IMG/VR virus record: IMGVR_UViG_3300025137_005045
Strand: one strand, 5' to 3'
Source: a virus
Lineage: Duplodnaviria; Caudoviricetes
Length of the DNA: 64,000 bases
Shown here: positions 9,543 to 17,102 of the stretch, in pieces
How the letters are laid out: each line of letters begins with the position of its first letter
Position numbering within the stretch: the stretch's first letter is position 1
Notes under the pieces: generated by a model
Told to the model about the DNA's origin: nothing
The model's database searches: none
Seen by the model: the letters and a program-made list of their open reading frames with translations, nothing else
Program-made: the position numbers and the translations under genes

Positions 9543-9722
9543 ATGAACATCCTTACTACCGGTGCCACAATTAAAAAGGTTGATGATCTCACATACGAAA
9601 TATACTACAAAGATCAATTGATAGAAACATTTGAAAATAAAGCATTGGCTTTAATGTTTTCGTTAAGTAAAATTGAACTAGAAGAACAATTACAATTACA
9701 ACTCAAACTAAAATCAGCATAG
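9543..9722 (+). CDS. Small hypothetical protein (59 aa, not in track)
   Basis: AAGGA SD; TAAGTA element at 9509-9514. Confidence 0.6.
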   Translation: MNILTTGATIKKVDDLTYEIYYKDQLIETFENKALALMFSLSKIELEEQLQLQLKLKSA

Positions 9723-9723
9723 C

Positions 9724-9975
9724 ATGAAACAAGAAACAAAACTAATTTGGTGGACAAAATGGATAGCAACCTGGATGGCTGTTGGTTGTGCTCTCTGTAG
9801 TTCATTGGATTTATATCCAATTAATGTTTGGTTAGGTTTTCTTGCTGGAATAGGGTGGACCTGGGTTGGTTGGAAATGGGGAGAAAACGCTTTGGTAACT
9901 ATCAACATCTCAATGACCATAGTATACGGCATTGGTGTTATCAGATATCTGTTATCAGATGGGGTCTTTGTCTAA
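9724..9975 (+). CDS. Small 3-TM membrane protein
   Basis: KWIATWMAV...YPINVW...GWTWVGWKW.E.AL..IN. Confidence 0.7.
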   Translation: MKQETKLIWWTKWIATWMAVGCALCSSLDLYPINVWLGFLAGIGWTWVGWKWGENALVTINISMTIVYGIGVIRYLLSDGVFV

Positions 9976-9991
9976 TGAAAGAAGTTAACTT

Positions 9992-10354
9992 ATGACAGCA
10001 TATTGGGGATATCATTTAATTTTAGATTGTAAAAGTGGCAACCTAGATCAGGTTTCGTCTGCAGAAAATATCAAACTGTTTGTTCAAGAATTAATAACTG
10101 CGATTGATATGGTAGCTTATGGTGACCCGGTCATTGAACATTTTGCAACTCATGACAAAGATGCGGCCGGATATAGTCTTGTGCAATTGATCGAAACATC
10201 ATCAATAACTGGACATTTTGTAGATCGGAATGGCGACTGTTACATTGATATCTTTAGCTGTAAAGAGTTTAATATTGAAACTGCTCGATCGGTTGTTGAC
10301 AAATATTTCTCACCATCACAAACAAAAGTAACTTACTTAACCAGACAGGCATAA
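9992..10354 (+). CDS. speD: S-adenosylmethionine decarboxylase proenzyme
   Basis: GYHLILD...LIETSSITGHF...YIDIFSCK (self-cleavage ES-type site). Confidence 0.85.
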   Translation: MTAYWGYHLILDCKSGNLDQVSSAENIKLFVQELITAIDMVAYGDPVIEHFATHDKDAAGYSLVQLIETSSITGHFVDRNGDCYIDIFSCKEFNIETARSVVDKYFSPSQTKVTYLTRQA

Positions 10355-10356
10355 GC

Positions 10357-10653
10357 ATGAATGATTGCCCAATATTCGGAAGAGTGGCACAATTCGTGGC
10401 CAAAGATTTTAAGTCACATCCAATAAGATTTGTTGTTGAAGTAATCGCTTGGATATTAAGTATATCAGCTTCAATAATTATGGCATTGACTGTACCTAAT
10501 CCTCCTTTAATAATCATTTATCTCTTTTGGGTAATAGGCTGTAGCTTATATGCTTGGTGTGCTATTTCTAGGGGTAGCTTTGGCATGTTCGCTAACTATG
10601 CTCTACTCACAGCCATTGATACCTACGGATTAATTGCTGTATTACCTAGTTAA
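10357..10653 (+). CDS. Small 3-TM membrane protein
   Basis: Hydrophobic helices EVIAWILSI...PPL...W...R.SFGM..NY. Confidence 0.7.
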   Translation: MNDCPIFGRVAQFVAKDFKSHPIRFVVEVIAWILSISASIIMALTVPNPPLIIIYLFWVIGCSLYAWCAISRGSFGMFANYALLTAIDTYGLIAVLPS

Positions 10654-10663
10654 CAAATAAAAT

Positions 10664-10694
10664 AAAAAGTACCCCTTAATTGGGGTATTTTTTT
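10664..10694 (+). terminator. Intrinsic terminator
   Basis: AAAAAGTACCCC-TTAATT-GGGGTATTTTTTT. Confidence 0.8.
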
Positions 10695-10705
10695 GGTAAT
10701 TTTGG

Positions 10706-10734
10706 TTGACCAATAAATCGTTATTTGCTATACT
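10706..10734 (+). promoter_or_regulatory. sigma70-type early promoter (TTGACCA family)
   Basis: TTGACC-17nt-TATACT with extended -10 TG. Confidence 0.8.
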
Positions 10735-10779
10735 TACTTGTAAGTTAGAAAAACAAGTTAATTATTTAGGGGTAGATAA

Positions 10780-11130
10780 ATGACACAATTCAACAAAAAA
10801 GACTTTGCATTCGACGGTGAATATCTTATGTACAATGGTGCATTTGATGGTGCTCAAATGATGATGGATGTATTTCCAGATGCACACCCTTCATGGGAAG
10901 GTAAATTAAAGCCAACATTCGTAGCACGTTTCAAACGCAACAAAAAAGATCGTGCATCATTCACAAAATTCTTAATAGCTAACTTTACATGCGAAGAATA
11001 CTTTGGACACATGGAAAAGTTTAACATGGCTCCACTAGAAGTATTACGTGGTAAAGGTTATGAAACTGCTGACGAACGTAAAGATCAGCAGTCAGGTGAA
11101 TACAACGCTCTAATGCAGGCAAACTACTAA
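10780..11130 (+). CDS. Early hypothetical protein
   Basis: AGGGGT SD downstream of promoter. Confidence 0.75.
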   Translation: MTQFNKKDFAFDGEYLMYNGAFDGAQMMMDVFPDAHPSWEGKLKPTFVARFKRNKKDRASFTKFLIANFTCEEYFGHMEKFNMAPLEVLRGKGYETADERKDQQSGEYNALMQANY

Positions 11131-11402
11131 TGGAAACTATTAAACATACCTACCAAGTTGGCGATGATGTGTCATATGGTTTTAATGGTGATTGGTACTA
11201 TGCTGGTAAGGTGGCACGCATTACTAAAAAGTTTTTAACTACAGACCAAGGAAACAAGTTTAGTCTTGTAGTTCGCACACTGTGGACTAAAATTGGTAAC
11301 ACTGAATATGCTGACGTTGACAAAGAAGTTTTTGTTAGTGTAGGTGGCGGAATGTGGGTACTGACCAAAGGTCATATAGAAGAAAGAAATCCTCACTTTT
11401 AA
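11130..11402 (+). CDS. Early hypothetical protein
   Basis: TAATG coupling to preceding gene. Confidence 0.7.
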   Translation: METIKHTYQVGDDVSYGFNGDWYYAGKVARITKKFLTTDQGNKFSLVVRTLWTKIGNTEYADVDKEVFVSVGGGMWVLTKGHIEERNPHF

Positions 11403-11416
11403 TTTGATTTTTTTGG

Positions 11417-11445
11417 TTGACCATAAAATCCAAAACTGCTATAAT
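11417..11445 (+). promoter_or_regulatory. sigma70-type early promoter (TTGACCA family)
   Basis: TTGACC-17nt-TATAAT. Confidence 0.85.
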
Positions 11446-11491
11446 AGTATTAAGAAATAAGGAAAACGATTAATTTTTAGGGGTAGAGATT

Positions 11492-11758
11492 ATGAATAAC
11501 AAACAATTTGATGCATTACAAGCTGGTACTAAAGTTTTAATCAAAGCATGGGATCACGAAAACAATGATCAAGTTGAAACTGTTGCTACATTTAACGGTT
11601 GGTGTGATCACCCTGATTGGGGTACTGCTGTTAACGTTAGCTATGACAATAAAGATTGTCATTTTGATTCATTGTTTGGTGACTACAAAGAGGAAGATAC
11701 AGATATTCCTGTAGCACAATTTCAAAAAGCAGTTCTTAAAGTTATGGAGGTAGCATAA
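11492..11758 (+). CDS. Early hypothetical protein
   Basis: AGGGGT SD. Confidence 0.75.
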   Translation: MNNKQFDALQAGTKVLIKAWDHENNDQVETVATFNGWCDHPDWGTAVNVSYDNKDCHFDSLFGDYKEEDTDIPVAQFQKAVLKVMEVA

Positions 11759-11994
11759 TGGATATTTCAAAAATGAACAGAAAAGTATTTGCACAACCAG
11801 GCGATGGTGCTGAATACGCTTTAATCAAAGGTAAAACAGTTTACATGATTTCAGCACAAGACATCGACGAAGCAATGGCTAAGTTGAAAAAACAAGCAGG
11901 TGTACCAAACAACTGGAAAGTATCAACAGAAAAAGCAGTTCTTATTCCAGGAGTATGGGAATATCCTATGGCAACTTTTCAAGGAGCGGCATAA
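11758..11994 (+). CDS. Early hypothetical protein
   Basis: GGAGG SD; TAATG coupling. Confidence 0.75.
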   Translation: MDISKMNRKVFAQPGDGAEYALIKGKTVYMISAQDIDEAMAKLKKQAGVPNNWKVSTEKAVLIPGVWEYPMATFQGAA

Positions 11995-12350
11995 TGGAAC
12001 TAGTTAAAGAAGTAATAATGTTTAAAGATGAAAACATTGATCAAATAGCTCGTGAGGCCAAATTATCCGCTGACAAGGCACAGAGTGATCACCTAGCTAA
12101 ACACGGTGAAGATGCATATTGTGGCTTTGGTTGGGTTGAAGTGTATGTTGACAGAACTAATTCAAGAGAAGCAAAAGCATTGGCTAAAATGGGATTTGAA
12201 AAATCATATAGAAGAAAACGTATGGACATGTGGAAGCCTGGAGCATATAATGGACAGTCAATGACTATTCATGAAGTGGGTGCTCGAGCCTATGCTGAAG
12301 TATTATGCAAGTATGGCTTTAAGGCATACATGGGTTCAAGGGCAGATTAA
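11994..12350 (+). CDS. Early hypothetical protein (start corrected from 11955)
   Basis: AAGGAG SD and TAATG coupling give MELVKEV; AYCGFGWV...GQSM. Confidence 0.75.
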   Translation: MELVKEVIMFKDENIDQIAREAKLSADKAQSDHLAKHGEDAYCGFGWVEVYVDRTNSREAKALAKMGFEKSYRRKRMDMWKPGAYNGQSMTIHEVGARAYAEVLCKYGFKAYMGSRAD

Positions 12351-12438
12351 AAGTTTTGGGGAGTGTATCGGAAAAGGTTTTCTCGACTAAGGTACCTAAA
12401 AAAGTATGCTCCCTAATTAAATTGGAGAATAATATATA

Positions 12439-12702
12439 ATGTCAAACACTTTTGTATTTGAACGTAGAGTAATTTACTGGGAAAATACCTGGGTAGATGC
12501 TGATGATATGAATGAGGCCCGAGAAAAGTTACGAAATGGAGAGGCAGATGAATGCCAGCTGGAAGGGTTTGAAGATTACTATGATGACGATTACACTTTT
12601 GTGGAATCATTGGAACCTGTTATCCTTGATCCTTTAGTAGATATGGTTAAACAATATGGGTTACCTGAACAGTTGGAATTATTTGGAGACAATTATACAT
12701 AA
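12439..12702 (+). CDS. Acidic early hypothetical protein
   Basis: GGAG SD; D/E-rich. Confidence 0.7.
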   Translation: MSNTFVFERRVIYWENTWVDADDMNEAREKLRNGEADECQLEGFEDYYDDDYTFVESLEPVILDPLVDMVKQYGLPEQLELFGDNYT

Positions 12703-12707
12703 AATGG

Positions 12708-12736
12708 TTGACCAAAAAATCCAAAACTGCTATAAT
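12708..12736 (+). promoter_or_regulatory. sigma70-type early promoter (TTGACCA family)
   Basis: TTGACC-17nt-TATAAT; ~50 bp near-identical to 11414-11467. Confidence 0.85.
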
Positions 12737-12754
12737 GTATTTAAGAAATAAGGA

Positions 12755-12983
12755 AACAAGGTATTATTTGTCGGGGTATAGTGTAACTAACACGACAAAG
12801 ACTAAGGCTCGAGACTTAGTTGGCGATAATAGGGGTTAAGTTTGATCACTTTATAATCCCCTTGCTCCGTCAAATAATACTTTGTTCAGTGGTAGAGTTC
12901 CGTTGCGGTAGCGTCCACTTTAAATAAACGCAGTTGTGTGACAACTTTACGGACCCGGTTTACTGTCCTTAACTTAAACCGGG
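12755..12983 (+). ncRNA. Candidate structured noncoding RNA or long structured leader
   Basis: 16-bp stem 12755-12770/12871-12886 enclosing three hairpins; further stems to 12983; no ORF for ~270 nt after a strong promoter. Confidence 0.5.
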
Positions 12984-13006
12984 CAATTAATTTTAAGGAG
13001 TATGGT

Positions 13007-13090
13007 ATGAATAATTTAGACACAATTCTGCGAGTAGCAGTAGCTATTGTTGTAGCAGTCGTGGTAGTCGGTTTTATAATGGGAGCTTAA
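13007..13090 (+). CDS. Small membrane peptide (27 aa, not in track)
   Basis: AAGGAG SD; MNNLDTILRVAVAIVVAVVVVGFIMGA. Confidence 0.55.
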   Translation: MNNLDTILRVAVAIVVAVVVVGFIMGA

Positions 13091-13091
13091 T

Positions 13092-13223
13092 ATGGGAAAC
13101 TTTATTATAGGTACAATATTTGGAATCATTGTTAGCAGTGTGGGACTAACAGAAATAGCAGAATATATCGATTCGGGTGTTAGTGCTACTAAAGATTTTG
13201 TCGAAAATCGTGTTGACAAGTAA
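13092..13223 (+). CDS. Small membrane protein (43 aa, not in track)
   Basis: GGAG SD; MGNFIIGTIFGIIVSSVGL. Confidence 0.6.
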   Translation: MGNFIIGTIFGIIVSSVGLTEIAEYIDSGVSATKDFVENRVDK

Positions 13224-13252
13224 ATTAATTTAAACTAAGGAAGGAAATTATT

Positions 13253-13597
13253 ATGACAACAGCAACTTTTAAAATTGTAGGAACTAGTAATCTAAACGGT
13301 ACAACCAAAGTACGTTGGGCCAATGATTTAGTAACAAGATTTAAAATGTTACACAAAGGTGGACATATAGATATTGAACTGTTTGAACTACCAGAAGCAA
13401 TGACTAAACAAGCGGCCGCTCAGTGGTTAGCTGACAGCGACAACTTTGAAAGATTAAATCAGGATGCTCAGTACGCAGTTAATTCGAAACTTGACGAGTA
13501 CATGAAAGTTAAACCTGGGGTTAAGATTTCAATAGAAGAAATTGCTCAACGACCTACTATTGAGGCCGTAGAAATAAAAGATCCAGCTTTAAACTAA
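13253..13597 (+). CDS. Hypothetical protein
   Basis: AAGGAAGG SD; 114 aa. Confidence 0.75.
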   Translation: MTTATFKIVGTSNLNGTTKVRWANDLVTRFKMLHKGGHIDIELFELPEAMTKQAAAQWLADSDNFERLNQDAQYAVNSKLDEYMKVKPGVKISIEEIAQRPTIEAVEIKDPALN

Positions 13598-13610
13598 GTT
13601 AAATAAAGTT

Positions 13611-13877
13611 ATGTCCAAAAAGATGACAGTAGAAGAAGAGGCGGAAATTAAGGTACACGAAATTATGTACGACATCGTCTCTTTGCTCAACTCACATGGT
13701 ATTACAAGCGTTAGAGCCGGAGCAGTCATGAGACTGCTAGGTACAGACAACGAGGAAGCCAGAATGTTTGATGATAAAATATTATTCATTGTCGGCGATG
13801 CCGTTGACATGCGTGATGTAGATCAATCATTAGACGATGTTGATGAAGACGCTGATTCAGACAGGACTTTACATTAA
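13611..13877 (+). CDS. Hypothetical acidic protein
   Basis: 88 aa ORF in operon. Confidence 0.7.
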   Translation: MSKKMTVEEEAEIKVHEIMYDIVSLLNSHGITSVRAGAVMRLLGTDNEEARMFDDKILFIVGDAVDMRDVDQSLDDVDEDADSDRTLH

Positions 13878-13890
13878 CTAGGAGCAAGAT

Positions 13891-14064
13891 ATGAGCATTC
13901 ATGAAGATTTATTAGCCGCAGTAGAAACATACCAAGCAGAATCAGAAAAATTTGATGGTGGTAACAAATCAGCTGGAACCAGGGCAAGAGCGGCACTTCA
14001 AAATATTAAAAATCAAGCACAGGCACGTCGTCTAGAAATTCAAGCAATTAAAAACGGCGAATAA
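13891..14064 (+). CDS. Histone H1-like (Hc1-type) small basic protein (57 aa, not in track)
   Basis: AGGAG SD; EKFDGGNKSAGTRARAALQNIK...RRLEIQ. Confidence 0.7.
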   Translation: MSIHEDLLAAVETYQAESEKFDGGNKSAGTRARAALQNIKNQAQARRLEIQAIKNGE

Positions 14065-14067
14065 TCA

Positions 14068-14730
14068 ATGTACAATATCCTAATAGGATGCGATCAATCC
14101 TATTATGACACATGGGCAACAACATTACTCTGGAGCATACAACATTATGCTCCGTGGGTAAATTTACATTGCCACATTGTTAATCCAAGCAACACCCTCA
14201 ATAAATTAGACCATGTAAGTTACACAACAGAAGAGAGAGATCTTAGCGACCCTGATATGTTCAGTGGTTATCTACAAGCAGTTCGTTTCCTAAAAGCATA
14301 CGAGTTATTTCCAAACAATGAACCCGTAATTGTAGTAGACACTGATTCAATATGTACCCATTCTTTTACCAAAGAACAGTTTGATCAAGTGCATTTAGAT
14401 CATCCAGTTGTGCTATACAAAGAAAAAACGTCTAGATGGTTAGCAGGATTTATCAGTATGGGATCAAACACATTTAGAAAAGACTTCCATGATCTACTGA
14501 TGAGTAAGCCCATAGAAGAGTGGGCAGGATTTTGGGACCAAACATGTCTAAAACAACTCAATGACAAACACGTTTTTGAGAAGGCACCAATTGATTGGAT
14601 GAGTATTGGAAAGAATGGTAATGAGAGTATATTCTTAACTCTTAAAGGTGAACAAAAGGAATTAGAAAAGTACCTAGGCAATTATCTCAAAGTTAAAACT
14701 CAAATTGAAAATAGTCAATCATCTGACTAA
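14068..14730 (+). CDS. GT-A fold nucleotide-sugar transferase-like protein
   Basis: VRFL...VVDTDS (DxD)...WDQTCL. Confidence 0.55.
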   Translation: MYNILIGCDQSYYDTWATTLLWSIQHYAPWVNLHCHIVNPSNTLNKLDHVSYTTEERDLSDPDMFSGYLQAVRFLKAYELFPNNEPVIVVDTDSICTHSFTKEQFDQVHLDHPVVLYKEKTSRWLAGFISMGSNTFRKDFHDLLMSKPIEEWAGFWDQTCLKQLNDKHVFEKAPIDWMSIGKNGNESIFLTLKGEQKELEKYLGNYLKVKTQIENSQSSD

Positions 14731-14732
14731 AA

Positions 14733-14801
14733 TTATCTCGAACACGTTGTTGTTTTTCTTGTTTTTACAAATATAAATTTGTGTTTGTGACTTATTATCA
14801 T
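14733..14801 (-). pseudogene. 22-codon stub of a Sulfotransfer_2-family gene
   Basis: MIISHKHKFIFVKTRKTTTCSR*; TAAATA 5 nt upstream. Confidence 0.6.
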
Positions 14802-14854
14802 AGTGATATTTATAGGAATAAGTACATACATTATAACAAAGCAGATACGTATCC

Positions 14855-15805
14855 ATGAGTGATTTATTAGTAGTTGGTGTTGAAGGTGTGATGCGTAATC
14901 ATCCAATGCCTGAGTCTGATAACTTCGTAGTAGTACCTTGGGAAGATAAACACACTATCGAACGTGCAGACGTCTTTATACAGGCTAATATTAAAGAATG
15001 TAAACACAAAGGACTATGGGAGCAATATCAATATATTATCGATTCGGGTAAGCCTATTATCTGTGTAGAAAGTGCTGTGTTTAGAAAAAATATGGAAACT
15101 AATACAATACCCTACCATAGATGGTCATGGTGGTCATACTTCAATGACGAAGGTGACTACTGTAATGACAACTCAGACGAAACAAGATGGAAACAGATCT
15201 CTGAGGAACAACAGTTAAAGATAGAACCCTGGCAGAACAATCCAGAAGGACATATACTTCTTTGTCTACAACGTCCAGGTGATAGTAGTTTACATAGAAT
15301 CCTTACTAAGAAAAAATCATCATACCAACAGTGGATATGGAAAACAGTCAGGTATATCAGACGATACACTGATAGAAAAATTGTTATACGTATACATCCT
15401 TTGCGTCAACAAGCTAGTTTAAATATGTTGTTTTCAATTGACAGTGTATATAAGAATATCGAGATATCTACAGACACTACAGGTGCTACTATTGAAAATG
15501 GAAGTAATGGTGGTGATGGATTTATACGTGATCTTGAAGGTGCTTACTGTGTGGTAGGATTAAATTCAAATGCGTTAACTGAATCAGTTATGGCTGGTAT
15601 TCCTACATTTAGTTTATGTTCAGGTTCGATGGCATGGCCAGTGAGTAATCATTTTTTAAAAGATATTAATTCTCCAATTATGGAGTTTGATCGAACACAA
15701 TGGCTGTATAATTTAAGTTACTGCCAGTGGAGAAAGGATGAAATAGAGCAAGGACTTCCCTGGGAACATTTAAAGAAAAAATTACCGGAGATAATAAGAA
15801 AATAA
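14855..15805 (+). CDS. Capsule polysaccharide modification protein (KpsS/KpsC-like)
   Basis: ILLCLQRPGDSS...IRIHP...VVGLNSNALTESVMAGIP. Confidence 0.6.
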   Translation: MSDLLVVGVEGVMRNHPMPESDNFVVVPWEDKHTIERADVFIQANIKECKHKGLWEQYQYIIDSGKPIICVESAVFRKNMETNTIPYHRWSWWSYFNDEGDYCNDNSDETRWKQISEEQQLKIEPWQNNPEGHILLCLQRPGDSSLHRILTKKKSSYQQWIWKTVRYIRRYTDRKIVIRIHPLRQQASLNMLFSIDSVYKNIEISTDTTGATIENGSNGGDGFIRDLEGAYCVVGLNSNALTESVMAGIPTFSLCSGSMAWPVSNHFLKDINSPIMEFDRTQWLYNLSYCQWRKDEIEQGLPWEHLKKKLPEIIRK

Positions 15806-16299
15806 TGACAACTATTTTTATAGATATGGATGGAGTAGTGGCAGACTTTGATGGATATGCTCATAGAACATTGGGCATTGAAAGTAAACCAGGATTTAGA
15901 TTCGACCAAAACGATTGGTATAAACTACGTCAACATAGTAATCGCATATACAGCATAATTCCTGTCCTACCAAATGCGTATGAGCTTGTTAGTAAGCTAA
16001 AAGAATTTCGTGATCAATATGGAGTTGAACTGCGTTTTTTAACAGCAATACCTAAGGAAAATGATTTAGGCTGGGCATTTTGGGATAAAATGGAATGGGC
16101 ATGCAAGCATTTTCCAGGAATACCTGTATGGTTCGGTCCTTACTCAACAGATAAACAACACCACCATAAGCCTGGAGACATCCTGATAGATGATAGAGTT
16201 GGTAACATCGAACAATGGCCTGAACATGGAATATTATACCAAGGTAACGATGAAATAACGTTAAATACAGTAGAACAAATACTTAGGGGTAAATCGTAA
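15805..16299 (+). CDS. 5'(3')-deoxyribonucleotidase, HAD family
   Basis: IFIDMDGVVADF; FLTA; K..W; ILIDD. Confidence 0.85.
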   Translation: MTTIFIDMDGVVADFDGYAHRTLGIESKPGFRFDQNDWYKLRQHSNRIYSIIPVLPNAYELVSKLKEFRDQYGVELRFLTAIPKENDLGWAFWDKMEWACKHFPGIPVWFGPYSTDKQHHHKPGDILIDDRVGNIEQWPEHGILYQGNDEITLNTVEQILRGKS

Positions 16300-16300
16300 C

Positions 16301-16525
16301 TTGGCAAAAGAAGATATCATAGAATTAACAGGAGTAGTAACAGAAGTTTTACCTAACGCATTTTTTAAAGTTAAAATTGACAATATGGAAGATAAAGAAA
16401 TTACATGTTATCTATCTGGCAAGATGCGTAAATTTACTATTAAAGTTATTCTTGGAGATGCTGTCGAACTTGAACTTACTCCATATGATTTAGAAAAAGG
16501 TCGTATTACAAGACGCCACAAGTAA
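16301..16525 (+). CDS. infA: Translation initiation factor IF-1
   Basis: MAKEDIIELTGVVTEVLPNA...SGKMR...GD.V..ELTPYDLEKGRI. Confidence 0.95.
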   Translation: MAKEDIIELTGVVTEVLPNAFFKVKIDNMEDKEITCYLSGKMRKFTIKVILGDAVELELTPYDLEKGRITRRHK

Positions 16526-16544
16526 CTTAATTAGGAGAAACATT

Positions 16545-16706
16545 ATGACAAATTGGATTAAAAAACGTTGGGCTGAAAGAAGTTCACAAAGCGGCGTAGC
16601 ACTAGTAGCATTTGGAGTTATTGCTATTGTATTCACACCATTTGTATCATTTGCGGCTTATGCGGCAATTATCTACGGTGGATATCAGATTTGGAAGAAA
16701 GGATAG
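16545..16706 (+). CDS. Small 2-TM membrane protein (53 aa, not in track)
   Basis: AGGAG SD; [14 protein letters not shown]... Confidence 0.65.
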   Translation: MTNWIKKRWAERSSQSGVALVAFGVIAIVFTPFVSFAAYAAIIYGGYQIWKKG

Positions 16707-16707
16707 T

Positions 16708-17040
16708 ATGATTACCGTTACTGAATCAGCAATAAAAAAATTAAAAGAAATAATAGCTGAAGAAGACGACCCAAACTTAAAAGTAAGAATGTTTGTTAGT
16801 GGTGGCGGGTGTTCAGGAATGCAATATGGTTTTACTCTCGAAGAGGAACCAGCAAACGAAGATGATTTTGATCTAGAAGTAGCTCCAGGTGTACATATGT
16901 TAGTAGATTCAATGAGCGGACAATATGTGCAAGGTGCTGAAGTTGATTTTGCTGAATCTCTGCAAGGTAGCCAATTTGCTATTAAAAATCCTAACGCAGA
17001 AACAACATGTGGATGTGGATCCAGCTTTAGTCCAGGTTAA
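16708..17040 (+). CDS. erpA: A-type Fe-S carrier ErpA/IscA (start corrected from 16612)
   Basis: AAGGA SD; [11 protein letters not shown]; TTCGCGSSF. Confidence 0.9.
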   Translation: MITVTESAIKKLKEIIAEEDDPNLKVRMFVSGGGCSGMQYGFTLEEEPANEDDFDLEVAPGVHMLVDSMSGQYVQGAEVDFAESLQGSQFAIKNPNAETTCGCGSSFSPG

Positions 17041-17060
17041 ATACCTTCTTAGACTGACAT

Positions 17061-17087
17061 AAACCCGTCTAGTGCGGGTTTTCTTTT
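17061..17087 (+). terminator. Intrinsic terminator
   Basis: AAACCCG-TCTAGTG-CGGGTTT-TCTTTT. Confidence 0.75.
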
Positions 17088-17091
17088 CTGA

Positions 17092-17097
17092 TAAATA
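17092..17097 (+). promoter_or_regulatory. T4-like late promoter element
   Basis: TAAATA 5 nt before ATG 17103; same spacing recurs at six other genes. Confidence 0.65.
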
Positions 17098-17102
17098 GTT
17101 GC

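Noticed and set aside
12755-12983. tRNA or tmRNA assignment for the structured region
   Set aside because: No cloverleaf, TTC T-loop or CCA end, and no tag ORF
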